A stretch of 64,000 bases of DNA from an uncultured Muribaculaceae bacterium (GCA_964646495.1 CAZYEO010000001.1:383-64382), one strand, 5' to 3'; shown: positions 20,969-31,390, counted from the first letter of the stretch. Made by a program: numbers and translations. The notes: a model not told the origin generated them from the sequence alone.

Positions 20969-22417
20969 TTAATCCTTGTTCTCGGAAATCAACAAAAGTT
21001 TATCGCCACTAACTAATTTAAGCGATCCGTTAGGTATCAAAAATTTATCCTCACGTTTTACGATCATAACTAATGTTCCTTTAGGTATTTTCATATCCTT
21101 CAGGGTGTCGGCTTCTTCGAGCATATCATCGGTAATGGTGATGTCGTGGAGCTTGGAGTCTATTTCATCGGGAAGCTCTACACCGAAATCATTTCCCTCT
21201 TTTTGGAATGGCAACGAGAGTTTCAAGAATCGAGCTACTGCAGGTATAGTAGTGCCTTGCACGATTAACGACACAATGGTTATGAAAAATACTATATTGA
21301 AAATCATATTTGAGCCTTCGACGCCGGCAACCACAGGGTAGGTGGCGAAAATAATAGGTACTGCTCCGCGTAGCCCCACCCATGAGACGAATAGCTTTGA
21401 TCTCATATTTATCCTGCGGAATGGAAGCAAGCATAAAAATACACTAATAGGTCTACCAATGAGAATCACAAACACTGCAATCAATAATGCTACACCTGCA
21501 ACACTAAGCATTTCGTGTGGGTTAACTAAAAGACCAAGAACTAAGAACATTATTATCTGGAATAGCCATGTGAGCCCATCCATAAATGTGGCAATCTCTT
21601 TGCGGTGAGCTATTTTGCTGTTTCCTATTATCATTCCTGATATATATACAGCCAGATAGCCGTTGCCCCCCAATATATCTGTAATCGAAAAAATAAAGAA
21701 TATGAATGCCAGAAGAAATATAGGGTATAATGATTGATTGTCGATGTTCAACTTATTGATTGTTCGCACTGCAATATATCCTATGATGTATCCCACCAAC
21801 GCCCCTACTGCAAATTGGGTGGCAAAAGAGCCTAATATGCTGCCAAAATTCATCCCATTTGTGTTTAGGATTTGAATTAGAACGATGGTCAGCATATACG
21901 CCATAGGGTCATTACTTCCGCTTTCCAGCTCAAGCATAGGACGCATATTGTTTTTAAGATTCATTTTTTGAGAGCGCAGAATTGCAAACACCGAAGCCGA
22001 ATCGGTCGATGACATTGTGGCTGCTAATAGTAATGAGGGGATGAATGCAAAGTGAATGTTTGTCCAGCTGAATCCCGATACGTACCATACGAATAAACCT
22101 GTGATAAGGGCTGTAAGAAGTACTCCAGCAGTAGATAATACTATTCCTGGGGCGAGAATGGGCTTTATATCGGAGTATTTCGTATCCATTCCTCCCGAAA
22201 ATAAAATAATGCTAAGTGCTACCATGCTAATAAACTGAGCCTGATCAACATTGCTAAATTGTATCCCAAGCCCATCGCTTCCAAAAAACATTCCTACCAT
22301 AAGGAATAGCAAAAGTGCGGGTACACCAAATTTATATCCCGTTTTCCCTACGAGAATACTCGCAAAAAGCAGAATCGAACCGGTAAGTAATATATTTTCT
22401 GAGGTAATAAAATTCAT
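20969..22417 (-). CDS. K+/H+ (monovalent cation:proton) antiporter, NhaP2/CvrA type with C-terminal TrkA_C domain
   Basis: 482 aa. The CPA1-type membrane domain begins ...GYKFGVPALLLFLMVGMFFGSDGLG. The soluble C-terminus (ITITDDMLEEADTLKDMKIPKGTLVMIVKRED) is typical of a TrkA_C/RCK_C domain. Confidence 0.85.
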   Translation of the reverse strand: MNFITSENILLTGSILLFASILVGKTGYKFGVPALLLFLMVGMFFGSDGLGIQFSNVDQAQFISMVALSIILFSGGMDTKYSDIKPILAPGIVLSTAGVLLTALITGLFVWYVSGFSWTNIHFAFIPSLLLAATMSSTDSASVFAILRSQKMNLKNNMRPMLELESGSNDPMAYMLTIVLIQILNTNGMNFGSILGSFATQFAVGALVGYIIGYIAVRTINKLNIDNQSLYPIFLLAFIFFIFSITDILGGNGYLAVYISGMIIGNSKIAHRKEIATFMDGLTWLFQIIMFLVLGLLVNPHEMLSVAGVALLIAVFVILIGRPISVFLCLLPFRRINMRSKLFVSWVGLRGAVPIIFATYPVVAGVEGSNMIFNIVFFITIVSLIVQGTTIPAVARFLKLSLPFQKEGNDFGVELPDEIDSKLHDITITDDMLEEADTLKDMKIPKGTLVMIVKREDKFLIPNGSLKLVSGDKLLLISENKD

Positions 22418-22445
22418 ATTTTGATAAAAACAGTATTATTATGCG

Positions 22446-22453
22446 CAAAAATA
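22446..22453 (-). promoter_or_regulatory. Bacteroidetes -7 box TATTTTTG for the antiporter gene
   Basis: Plus-strand CAAAAATA, 29 nt upstream of the ATG at 22417. Confidence 0.35.
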
Positions 22454-22659
22454 GGAATAACTTCCGGAATGAATGCACTCGTTATAATTTTTATAGAAAT
22501 ATATATTAATTATGTATTATTTATGCGTGGGGTTTTAATAAATGCTTTTTATTCTCTTTTAAGTCCGTCGGAATATGTTAAAACTTGAGGCTATACGATC
22601 GATTGTGATTTTTAAAGTGATTTTTTTGTGGTATATTTTGTGAAATAGGAAATATGTAG

Positions 22660-22667
22660 TAATTTTG
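22660..22667 (+). promoter_or_regulatory. Bacteroidetes -7 box TAATTTTG for rplU-rpmA
   Basis: It matches TAnnTTTG 87 nt upstream of the rplU ATG. Confidence 0.4.
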
Positions 22668-22753
22668 TGCACTCATTCCGCATAGGCTACACAAAGAGAG
22701 ATGCTTAAATGCATATCCGCCTCACGGACTAACCTGTAAAAATAAAAAAACAG

Positions 22754-23074
22754 ATGTACGCAATCGTAGAAATTCAGGGACAACAATTCAAAGCCGAAGC
22801 AGGCAAGTACTTGTATGTTCACTATCTCGGCGACGAAGCAAAAGAAGGCGACGCAGTTGACTTCGACAAAGTGCTTCTCATTGATGCCGACGGTACCGTA
22901 AAGGTTGGTGCTCCTACCGTTGAAGGCGCAAAAGTAGTATGCGAGGTGAAACGTCCCCTCGTGAAAGGTGAAAGGATTATCGTTTTCAAGAAGAAAAGAA
23001 GAAAAGGATACCGTAAACGCAATGGCCACCGCCAATGCTTCACTGAAGTAGTGATAAAAGACGTAATTGCATAA
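22754..23074 (+). CDS. rplU: 50S ribosomal protein L21
   Basis: 106 aa. It starts [22 protein letters not shown], the canonical L21 N-terminus. Confidence 0.97.
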   Translation: MYAIVEIQGQQFKAEAGKYLYVHYLGDEAKEGDAVDFDKVLLIDADGTVKVGAPTVEGAKVVCEVKRPLVKGERIIVFKKKRRKGYRKRNGHRQCFTEVVIKDVIA

Positions 23075-23097
23075 CCCCAAAAAAGTTTTAAGAAGAA

Positions 23098-23367
23098 ATG
23101 GCACATAAAAAAGGTGTAGGTAGTTCTAAGAACGGCCGTGAATCGGAAAGCAAACGATTAGGTGTGAAAATTTTTGGTGGTCAATTTGCAAAGGCTGGTA
23201 ACATCCTTAAACGTCAACGTGGCACAGTGCACCATGCAGGTGCTAATGTAGGTTTAGGCAAAGATCACACTCTTTATGCTTTGGTAGATGGTACTGTAGT
23301 ATTCACTACCGGCAAAAACGGACGTTCGTTTATGAATGTCACTCCAATTGCAAAAAGCGAAAACTAA
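23098..23367 (+). CDS. rpmA: 50S ribosomal protein L27
   Basis: 89 aa. It starts [24 protein letters not shown], the canonical L27 N-terminus. Confidence 0.97.
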   Translation: MAHKKGVGSSKNGRESESKRLGVKIFGGQFAKAGNILKRQRGTVHHAGANVGLGKDHTLYALVDGTVVFTTGKNGRSFMNVTPIAKSEN

Positions 23368-23423
23368 CAATGCTTCGGCTTCTCCCATACAACGAGGAAA
23401 AGTAATAGCATAAATTTATTATT

Positions 23424-23455
23424 AAAGGCATTCACACAATCATGTGAGTGCCTTT
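23424..23455 (+). terminator. Terminator hairpin after rpmA
   Basis: 13-bp stem, aaaggcattcaca (23424-23436) with tgtgagtgccttt (23443-23455), with one G-U pair. The T-tract is weak. Confidence 0.5.
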
Positions 23456-23500
23456 GATAATATTAACGGAATAATAATAAGATAAATACATAGATATTTC

Positions 23501-24604
23501 ATGGCACTTCAATGTGGTATCGTAGGACTCCCAAATGTAGGGAAATCGACTCTTTTCAACTGTTTGTCGAATGCTAAGGCACAATCGGCTAATTTTCCAT
23601 TCTGCACAATTGAGCCCAATGTGGGAGTAATCACTGTGCCCGATGAAAGGCTTAATAAACTTGCCGAAATTATAAATCCCAATCGCATTGTACCTACAAC
23701 GGTTGAAATTGTGGATATAGCCGGCTTGGTGAAAGGTGCATCGAAAGGTGAGGGATTAGGTAATAAATTCTTGGCGAATATAAGGGAAACAGATGCTATT
23801 CTTCATGTGTTGCGTTGTTTTGATGATGACAATATAACTCATGTGGATGGTACGGTGAATCCATTGCGCGACAAGGAAATTATAGATTACGAGCTTCAAT
23901 TAAAGGATCTCGAAACGATCGAAGGACGCATAAGCCGTGTGCAGAAGCAAGCTCAAACTGGGGGTGATAAGAATGCTAAATTTCAATATGAAGTATTGCG
24001 CCAATTCAAAGAAGCCTTGGAGCAAGGAAAAGCGGCTCGCACGGTGACATTCGACAGCAAGGATGAGCAAAAATTTGCACGCGAATTGTTTCTTCTCACA
24101 AATAAACCGGTGATGTATGTGTGCAATGTCGATGATGCATCGGCTGTAAACGGGAATAAGTATGTAGAGATGGTGAAGGAAGCTGTGAAGGAGGAGAATG
24201 CTGAGATACTTATTGTAGCAGCAAAAACCGAATCGGAAATTGCAGAATTCGACACATACGAGGAGCGACAAATGTTTCTTAATGAAATAGGACTCGAAGA
24301 ATCGGGTGTATCACGTTTGATTCGTCAGGCATATCACTTACTCAATCTACAAACATATATTACTGCCGGTGTACAGGAAGTACGCGCATGGACATTCCTT
24401 AAAGGGAGTAAAGCACCACAATGTGCTGGTGTTATACATACTGACTTCGAAAAAGGATTTATTCGTGCTGAGGTAATAAAATATGAAGATTTTATTACTC
24501 TCGGAGGTGAAGCTGCATGTAAAGAAGCAGGTAAAATGAGTGTTGAGGGTAAGGAATATGTGGTGCAAGATGGCGATATAATGCACTTCCGCTTCAACGT
24601 ATAG
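23501..24604 (+). CDS. ychF: Redox-regulated ribosome-binding ATPase YchF
   Basis: 367 aa. P-loop GIVGLPNVGKSTLFN, a TGS-like C-terminus and the canonical ending DGDIMHFRFNV. Confidence 0.95.
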   Translation: MALQCGIVGLPNVGKSTLFNCLSNAKAQSANFPFCTIEPNVGVITVPDERLNKLAEIINPNRIVPTTVEIVDIAGLVKGASKGEGLGNKFLANIRETDAILHVLRCFDDDNITHVDGTVNPLRDKEIIDYELQLKDLETIEGRISRVQKQAQTGGDKNAKFQYEVLRQFKEALEQGKAARTVTFDSKDEQKFARELFLLTNKPVMYVCNVDDASAVNGNKYVEMVKEAVKEENAEILIVAAKTESEIAEFDTYEERQMFLNEIGLEESGVSRLIRQAYHLLNLQTYITAGVQEVRAWTFLKGSKAPQCAGVIHTDFEKGFIRAEVIKYEDFITLGGEAACKEAGKMSVEGKEYVVQDGDIMHFRFNV

Positions 24605-24619
24605 CATAAAGTCTGAAAT

Positions 24620-24664
24620 AAGAGGATAGGAATATGGAAACGATATTTTTTATCCTCTTTTTGA
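24620..24664 (+). terminator. Terminator hairpin after ychF
   Basis: The stem pairs aagaggata (24620-24628) with tatcctctt (24651-24659) and is followed by TTTT. Confidence 0.5.
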
Positions 24665-24686
24665 TGTATAATATATGATTGGTGCG

Positions 24687-24694
24687 TAAATTTG
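24687..24694 (+). promoter_or_regulatory. Bacteroidetes -7 box TAAATTTG for the GT2 gene
   Basis: It matches TAnnTTTG 24 nt upstream of the ATG at 24718. Confidence 0.35.
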
Positions 24695-24717
24695 CACCTA
24701 AAATACTTCGGTAGAAT

Positions 24718-25899
24718 ATGTATCTTAATTTTGACATCTCAATAATAGCGGTCTATATTGCAGGGGCTTCATTGCTATGTAGTATTATTGTGGTGTCAAT
24801 GATTTTATTACGATATGGTGCTATACCGAGATTTTGTAAAAAAGAAGCCGAGGGAAAGATTGATTATGTCGATTCGTTGGCTCCGGTGAGTGTTATTGTG
24901 TATGCAAGCAATGATGCTGACAATATTGAGCGCAATCTCCCTCTTTTATTGCAACAGGATTATCCGCAATATGAAGTTATTGTGGTGAATGATGGCACAA
25001 CCGACTATTCCAAAGATATTTTGGCTAAAATGGAATTGGAATATCCCAACTTGTATCAGACTTATGTACCAACAGATACATGCAACCTGTCAAGCAAGAA
25101 GTTATCGCTCACCTTGGGCGTGAAAGCAGCGAAATACGATATTATATTGAATACGGCAGCCAATTGCGCTCCACAGAGCAATGGTTGGTTGCGAAATATG
25201 ATGCGCAATTTCACAGATAACACCGATTTGGTAATAGGCTATTCGCATAATGATTATCAACGAGATAACGGATATGGCAAATTTTATAGAATCTTTGATC
25301 AGGTGAGTGGTGATGTGCAATATTTATCCTATGCCATACGCAATAAAGCATATCGTGGAACGGGTAATAACTTGGCATATCGAAAAAGTCTATTTTTTGA
25401 ACACAAAGGTTTTTCAAAATCATTGAATCTGCATTATGGTGACGATGATATATTTGTAAACAGTGTAGTTACAGCCACCAACACTAAGGTGGAATTGTCG
25501 CCCGAAAGCCAAATGGTGAGCTATTATAGCGATATAAGCCAATCATGGCAAGAATTAAAGTTGAGATACGGATTCACAGCTCGGTATTTGCATACCAGGT
25601 CATTTGGAATGGCAAAATTCTTTATGCTAATATTATGGCTCACGTTAATGCTAAGCATCAGTATAGCTCTTATCGATCCTCATAATTGGTTTAATCTGAG
25701 TAGTGCATCCTTATGTATTGTATTACCTTATGTAATCGCGATTGTGATGTATCGTAAAAGCTCAAAACATCTTCAAGCTCCGAATTTGTGCCTTTCCGTA
25801 CCCTTTTTTATGATGATGAAACCAATCATAAATCTAAGATACCGCTTAATGGGGCATGGACGCCGTATCACAAATTATACATGGCAGCGACGTAAGTGA
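24718..25899 (+). CDS. Family 2 glycosyltransferase, membrane-associated
   Basis: 393 aa. An N-terminal TM is followed by the GT-A motif VSVIVYASNDADNIERNLPLLLQQDYPQYEVIVVNDGTTD and a DDD motif (YGDDDIF), with C-terminal TM segments. Confidence 0.85.
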   Translation: MYLNFDISIIAVYIAGASLLCSIIVVSMILLRYGAIPRFCKKEAEGKIDYVDSLAPVSVIVYASNDADNIERNLPLLLQQDYPQYEVIVVNDGTTDYSKDILAKMELEYPNLYQTYVPTDTCNLSSKKLSLTLGVKAAKYDIILNTAANCAPQSNGWLRNMMRNFTDNTDLVIGYSHNDYQRDNGYGKFYRIFDQVSGDVQYLSYAIRNKAYRGTGNNLAYRKSLFFEHKGFSKSLNLHYGDDDIFVNSVVTATNTKVELSPESQMVSYYSDISQSWQELKLRYGFTARYLHTRSFGMAKFFMLILWLTLMLSISIALIDPHNWFNLSSASLCIVLPYVIAIVMYRKSSKHLQAPNLCLSVPFFMMMKPIINLRYRLMGHGRRITNYTWQRRK

Positions 25900-25998
25900 T
25901 TATGTTAGTATATAGATATTTATGTATTTTTAAACAAGGATTTGTTTTGTGAATAAGTATCTTTACACACTTTTAACCAATATATAATACAATTATTT

Positions 25999-27715
25999 AT
26001 GAAGAAAATTTTACTTTTTATTTCAATGATCGTAGGGACTTTCCCTATGACATTTGCTCAGTCTCCAATCGAAGTTGTAAAGTCCGTAAGCTATGGTGAT
26101 GTTATCGCTACTGATAAAGCTATATATACTGGTGCAACTGCTATTAACGCCAATAATGAAAGTTTTGTGGCCGGAGTATTTGATAAAGCATTTACAATCA
26201 AAACTCAACTTGAACCGATTTCTGTAAGCTCATTTGTGGCTAAATACGACAGTGATCTCATTCCGATGTGGTCGGTAGCGATTCAGGGAGCAGCCACAGT
26301 AACTACTATAGCCGAAGATGGAAATGGTGGTGTGTATGTAGCCGGTACGATGGCTGATGAGGTCGTATTTAATGGTACTGATGGAGTTTCTATCACAAAA
26401 GAGGGTATGAAAATGGAGGGTGCATTCACCACAGGGCAGAATGTATCGTTTATTGCTCATTACAATGCTGCCGGAGTGGTTCAAAAAGTGAGCACAATAA
26501 TTCCTGAGCAAATACCAGCCTTGGTAGCAACAGGAATGTATTTCCCTGCTGATGGCGATTTGTATTTCCGCATTGGCAAACTCGAAGTGGCTAATGGTAC
26601 AGTATATGCTTCAGCTGTGTACACAGGTGAAATAACATCTACTTCCGGAACAAAGTATAGCGGAGGCTACATGGATGTATATGGGTTTATGTTTTTAGAC
26701 CTTCGTGCAGGCGCGGTATTTGCGCTTGATAATGATTTAGCTATTAAAAATGCTGCATTTGAGGTTCATCCAAAAAGTGGCGATGCGAAACAACAGGAAG
26801 TACGTAATTTCACATTTACCACAAATGGAACTGAAATGTATGTAGGCTTCGTGGCACTTGGTGAAGAGAACTATTCGGCATTTAATACTACCGGAAATCT
26901 ATCATTTTACATTTACAGATGAAGGTGTGACAGCACTCGGACACGTAGTTGCTAAATTGGATCTTGCAACAAGTACATTGAATAAACTTGAAAAATGGGA
27001 ATATGTTACAGATGAAACACTTGATATAGATAAGATGCTTTATATGAAGGTTGCTAACGGCAATCTACTTATAGCAGGAACTTATCTTGGTAGCCTTCCA
27101 TTTGACAACAATGTAAAAGCTACATCTTCTGACGATATTTATGCTGTGGCATTGAATCCTAATGATTTGAGCGTTAAATGGACATATACTTCAGGCTATG
27201 ATGAAGGTGCGAAAACTGATAAAGAAGAGATATTTACTGCTGCAACTTATTGTGATGGTGCATTCTTGATTTCAGGATATGCAGCAACCAAAGCAGGGCA
27301 TGTGATTGACAATTCCATAAGAATTGAAGTAGATCCCAAAACAGGTGCTTCATTGAGCATCGCCAAAGCTACAAATGTAACATATTCGATGGCAGCTCAA
27401 GATAAATATTTTGTATCAGCTTCTTCAGAATCTCCTGCAATGTCGTCATTTATTGTAGAATTGTGGAAAAATACATCTGGAGTGGAATCAGTAATCGGCA
27501 ATACGAATAAAGTTACTGTTTATCCTAACCCTGCAACTGAAGTATTGAACTTTACCGAATTGTGTGATGTGAAAATTCTTTCGTTGTCAGGAAGTATGCT
27601 TGCTAAAGCAAATGGTGTGACATCAATAGAAGTGTCTTCATTGCAACAGGGCTTGTATATTGCACGTATTGTGAATGATGGAAAAGTGGAAATGGTGAAA
27701 TTCATTAAGAAATAA
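25999..27715 (+). pseudogene. T9SS-sorted secreted protein interrupted by a 1-nt frameshift (ORFs 25999-26922 and 26858-27715)
   Basis: ORF1 has a signal peptide (MKKILLFISMIVGTFPMTFAQ). ORF2 ends with a Por/T9SS C-terminal sorting domain (VTVYPNPATEVLNF...GLYIARIVNDGKVEMVKFIKK). The frames meet at the T4 run 26905-26908. Removing one T gives continuous ...NTTGNLSFTFTDEGVTALG... Confidence 0.65.
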
Positions 27716-27738
27716 CCATTCCCCCCTACATAATAAAT

Positions 27739-27780
27739 AGAGAAAGGAGCGTTCATCATGCGGTGAATGCTCCTTTCTCT
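27739..27780. terminator. Strong bidirectional terminator between convergent genes
   Basis: 17-bp stem, agagaaaggagcgttca with tgaatgctcctttctct (one G-U pair) and an 8-nt loop. It lies between the stops at 27715 (+) and 27796 (-). Confidence 0.75.
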
Positions 27781-27795
27781 GTTTATCGGATAGTT

Positions 27796-30171
27796 TTAAT
27801 ATTCAAATGTGATTCCTATACCCGGAATGAGTGTGCCGCTACTCTGTTTTATATACTTCATGGTGTAGCGTTGCTGGTCGATTGGAGCCGAGGGATTCTC
27901 AATTACTCCTGTACTCATTAATACATCGGGACGGTTGAATTTGCTTATGGTAACGTTCTGCAAATCAATGTAAAATCCAAGCATGCAGCGTTTCACGTAG
28001 AACGTTTTATCGATGCGTAAGTCCAATTGCCCGTATGATGGTAATCTTTCGGAGTTGAAGCGAGAATAATCGAAGTAGGGTTGTCCTTTGGCATTCCAAG
28101 CTGTGACGAGCGATGATTTATCTTCATCGTAGGGAGTATAGGGTGCGCCACCGATAAATTTAAATCGTGCTCCAACGCTCCAATTGTGTGGAAAATTATA
28201 TGTGCCACTAATGTTGAATATAAATCTGTTGTCCCATGCCGAAGGTATATATTCAGATGTGGAGTTATTGCGGTATTCGCTTTTGAATATTGTGAGCGAT
28301 GAGGATAGATTCAGTTTTGAGGCAATAAACCAGCGTGCAAGAAACTCTATTCCATACGCCCTTCCTTGAGCAGATGATACCAATGGTTCATTGCCTATCA
28401 CTCCATAATCATCACCTTTACAACTCAATGGAATATTTTCTTCGATGCAAAGAGGAATATTGTCGTAGTTTTTATAAAATCCTTCCATTGATAACTCCAA
28501 TGAAGCCCCTTTCGACCAATTTAAGCCGGCAGAAGTTTGAATCACACGCATATATTCAAGATTTTCATTCACATATTTCCCTTGATAATCCTTATATCCT
28601 AAGGCTGTGTATGGTGGCAGTTGGTAAAATAATCCGCCATTGGCACTTATTGAAATGCCATGTCCTATTTTGTAGGATAGTGAAGCGCGGGGTGATAGCT
28701 GTTTCAGCATGTTACTCATTTTAGAAGAGTAGCCACATCCGTCGCTTCTCAGTCCAAGAGTGGCGTTAAAACGGTCGTCGGGAGTAGCGAAATGCGCTGT
28801 GGCAAATACACCCCATTTCATTGTACCGAGAAAAGTGTGATAACGATCTGTCGATGGTGTGCCTGCAATAAATAGTTTTTGATATGTATCATTAAGATAT
28901 TGAGCATATTCAATGTTTGTGCCGACATTTATTTTCCATTGTTCTAACATGGTGAGATTCTCAAATCTAAACTTTGATTCCTGTTCGGTGGATTTAAGCC
29001 TCAACCGTAAATTCTCGGGCATGGAATCATCGTTGCCGGTGTATTTCAGGTTGTCATTATTCATATAGCTGTGACTCAACACCACTGTTTGCTGGTTAAT
29101 GCCGGCATAGTGCTTATATACTGCGCCTAAGGTGAAAGTTTGCTGTTTGATAAGAGGAAGATAGCTTAATATATATTCTGATTTTTCATCGTCGAGCGAA
29201 GTATTTAGCTTCATGTTGTCGATACCCACAAGCCCCATTAGAGTTAATTCGTTTCTTGGATTAAAGCGTGTTTTTATCTTAAACTGTCCGTCGGTAAATG
29301 TGGGAAGGAATGGCAATTTAATCATCTTGAAAAGTAATTGCAGATAAGATTGTCGCATTGAAACGAGATAAGAGGTTTTATCCCCTATATGCCCGGTGGA
29401 TGTGAGCGAAAATTCCGATGTACCGAGTGTGGCTTTCAGAGTGTAACCATTCATATTCCCTTCTTGAAGTTTGAAATCAAGTACAGAACTCAGGGCATTT
29501 CCACGTTCGGCAGGTACGGTGCCGGTGAAAAATTTCACTTCCCGTATTAAATCTGCATTTATTATCCCCACAGGTCCACCCGAAGCCCCTTCTGTGCTGA
29601 AATGATTGATATTAGGTATCTCTACGCCATCAAGATAAAATCTATTTTCGGATGGTGCTCCACCTCTTACTATCAAGTCATTGCGATAGCCGGCAGGGGA
29701 GAACGAAACACCGGGATATGATTGCACTATGCGAGAAATATCGCGATTTGCTCCGGGGCTTTTCTCAATTTCTTGAATCCCGATTATATGTAATCCGATA
29801 GGGTTGGCATCATCGCGCCGTATGGGAGAGGATGTGATGTTTACCTCTTTTAATAGTGCCGGATTATCTTCCATTTCGATAATAATATCGATGTCGCGAG
29901 TAGTGACGAAATATTGAGGTGTGATATTATCCTTATATCCCATAGATGCCGCATGCAATGTGTAAGTTCCGGGAGTTACATCCGGAAAACTAAAATATCC
30001 CGTGCTATCACATACTACAGCGCGAGGAGTTCCTACAAGAGCTACATTAACATATTCTATGGGGGTTCGTTCGGTTTTTGAGATTACTCGCCCGGTAATT
30101 GTGTGCGATGATTGAGCCCAAGATGATAGCGATAACGACAATAGCAGAGCTACAATAGAAAGTATTCTCAT
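27796..30171 (-). CDS. TonB-dependent outer-membrane receptor with N-terminal carboxypeptidase-regulatory-like domain
   Basis: 791 aa with a signal peptide. It has a CarbopepD_reg-like segment (ITGRVISKTERTPIEYVNVALVG...GTYTLHAASMGY), a plug, a beta-barrel and a terminal aromatic (ITFEY). There is no adjacent SusD. Confidence 0.8.
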   Translation of the reverse strand: MRILSIVALLLSLSLSSWAQSSHTITGRVISKTERTPIEYVNVALVGTPRAVVCDSTGYFSFPDVTPGTYTLHAASMGYKDNITPQYFVTTRDIDIIIEMEDNPALLKEVNITSSPIRRDDANPIGLHIIGIQEIEKSPGANRDISRIVQSYPGVSFSPAGYRNDLIVRGGAPSENRFYLDGVEIPNINHFSTEGASGGPVGIINADLIREVKFFTGTVPAERGNALSSVLDFKLQEGNMNGYTLKATLGTSEFSLTSTGHIGDKTSYLVSMRQSYLQLLFKMIKLPFLPTFTDGQFKIKTRFNPRNELTLMGLVGIDNMKLNTSLDDEKSEYILSYLPLIKQQTFTLGAVYKHYAGINQQTVVLSHSYMNNDNLKYTGNDDSMPENLRLRLKSTEQESKFRFENLTMLEQWKINVGTNIEYAQYLNDTYQKLFIAGTPSTDRYHTFLGTMKWGVFATAHFATPDDRFNATLGLRSDGCGYSSKMSNMLKQLSPRASLSYKIGHGISISANGGLFYQLPPYTALGYKDYQGKYVNENLEYMRVIQTSAGLNWSKGASLELSMEGFYKNYDNIPLCIEENIPLSCKGDDYGVIGNEPLVSSAQGRAYGIEFLARWFIASKLNLSSSLTIFKSEYRNNSTSEYIPSAWDNRFIFNISGTYNFPHNWSVGARFKFIGGAPYTPYDEDKSSLVTAWNAKGQPYFDYSRFNSERLPSYGQLDLRIDKTFYVKRCMLGFYIDLQNVTISKFNRPDVLMSTGVIENPSAPIDQQRYTMKYIKQSSGTLIPGIGITFEY

Positions 30172-30175
30172 AAAT

Positions 30176-31312
30176 TTATTCTAATGATTTTTCTTTACAT
30201 GGTTTACTATCTTTGCTACTGATATTTCGGGGATTATGCACGATATATTCATCGTAATATGAAATAAGAAGAGTAGTAAGAGGTAGAGCAATTATTAGAC
30301 CTATAAACCCTAATAGTGTACCCCATATCGAAAGTGACAAAAATATAATAGCAGGATTTAACCCCATATATTTACCCATGATTTTCGGAGTGAGATACAT
30401 ATCTTGAATGGCTTGAACAATGCAATATACTGCTATAGTTTCACCAAACATAATCCAGAAGTTCTCCCCTGTACTCACGCTATATACCAAGCATAGAACC
30501 GCTGCAAAAGGAATCGAAATCAATTGCAAATATGGAACCATATTGAGAATCCCGATAAATAATCCGAATACTACTGCCATTGGTAGCCCAATGATAAGAA
30601 ATCCGATACTGAACAGTATTCCTACTATAAATGAAATGAGTGCCTGCCCTCTGAAATAATGGTTCATACTATTTTGAATATCTCTAAAAACCTTAAATGT
30701 TCCCTTTTGATATTTTTGAGGTACGGCATTCTTAAATCCATTCATCACCCTGTCGTAGTCGATAAGGATAAATATCAAATATAAAAAAACTACCAACCAG
30801 CTGACAATAGTCAGAATCACACGAATACCCCCATCGAGAACAATCCACGTATCACCCACTACCTCCTCGATAATAGTTGCCCATTGGTCTTGAGATAATA
30901 ATCCTTTTAATTTCTCGAAATCAAGATATTTTATCACAAAATCATGTACGGCATCCGGTATATATGGAATATCAAGCTGTTCTTGTGTATAACGCTGAAA
31001 CAACGCTATCATTTGTTCTATTTCGGTGATAATATATGGAATGAAAAAATATAATCCTATGCCCACAAATAGAGTAATCTCGATAAGAGTGACTATGATA
31101 GCTATTAAGTTGCCTTTCAAATGCAATAGTTTGCGATTATAGGTTACCAATGGCTGTATGAGATATGCCAATAAACATGCCACGATAAAGGGCAATAAAA
31201 CACCTTTAAGATAATTAATTATGAATAATACTCCTGCTATAATTATCACCGTGAATATTATTCTCATTACACGGTCGAATGTATATGGTTTCCTTTCTGT
31301 CATTGTACTCAT
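30176..31312 (-). CDS. AI-2E family transporter (PerM/UPF0118 permease)
   Basis: About 378 aa from the ATG at 31312. It has about 8 TM segments and a PerM-type pattern (FGLFIGILNMVPYLQ). It sits 4 nt upstream of the TonB-dependent receptor gene. The promoter box at 31338-31345 lies inside the longer track ORF. Confidence 0.75.
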   Translation of the reverse strand: MSTMTERKPYTFDRVMRIIFTVIIIAGVLFIINYLKGVLLPFIVACLLAYLIQPLVTYNRKLLHLKGNLIAIIVTLIEITLFVGIGLYFFIPYIITEIEQMIALFQRYTQEQLDIPYIPDAVHDFVIKYLDFEKLKGLLSQDQWATIIEEVVGDTWIVLDGGIRVILTIVSWLVVFLYLIFILIDYDRVMNGFKNAVPQKYQKGTFKVFRDIQNSMNHYFRGQALISFIVGILFSIGFLIIGLPMAVVFGLFIGILNMVPYLQLISIPFAAVLCLVYSVSTGENFWIMFGETIAVYCIVQAIQDMYLTPKIMGKYMGLNPAIIFLSLSIWGTLLGFIGLIIALPLTTLLISYYDEYIVHNPRNISSKDSKPCKEKSLE

Positions 31313-31337
31313 ATCCAAAATTATAAAGTTTATTTTG

Positions 31338-31345
31338 CAAAGATA
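31338..31345 (-). promoter_or_regulatory. Bacteroidetes -7 box TATCTTTG for the AI-2E transporter operon
   Basis: Plus-strand CAAAGATA, 26 nt upstream of the ATG at 31312. Confidence 0.4.
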
Positions 31346-31390
31346 ATGAAAAGTTAATGGCAAAAATATGTTTTTATCCTTTTAAAGCTG

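Noticed and set aside
22673-23106. ORFs of 143 and 94 aa on the minus strand, antisense to rplU
   Set aside because: They fully overlap the unmistakable L21 gene, have no recognisable motifs and show a low-complexity hydrophobic composition typical of antisense frames.
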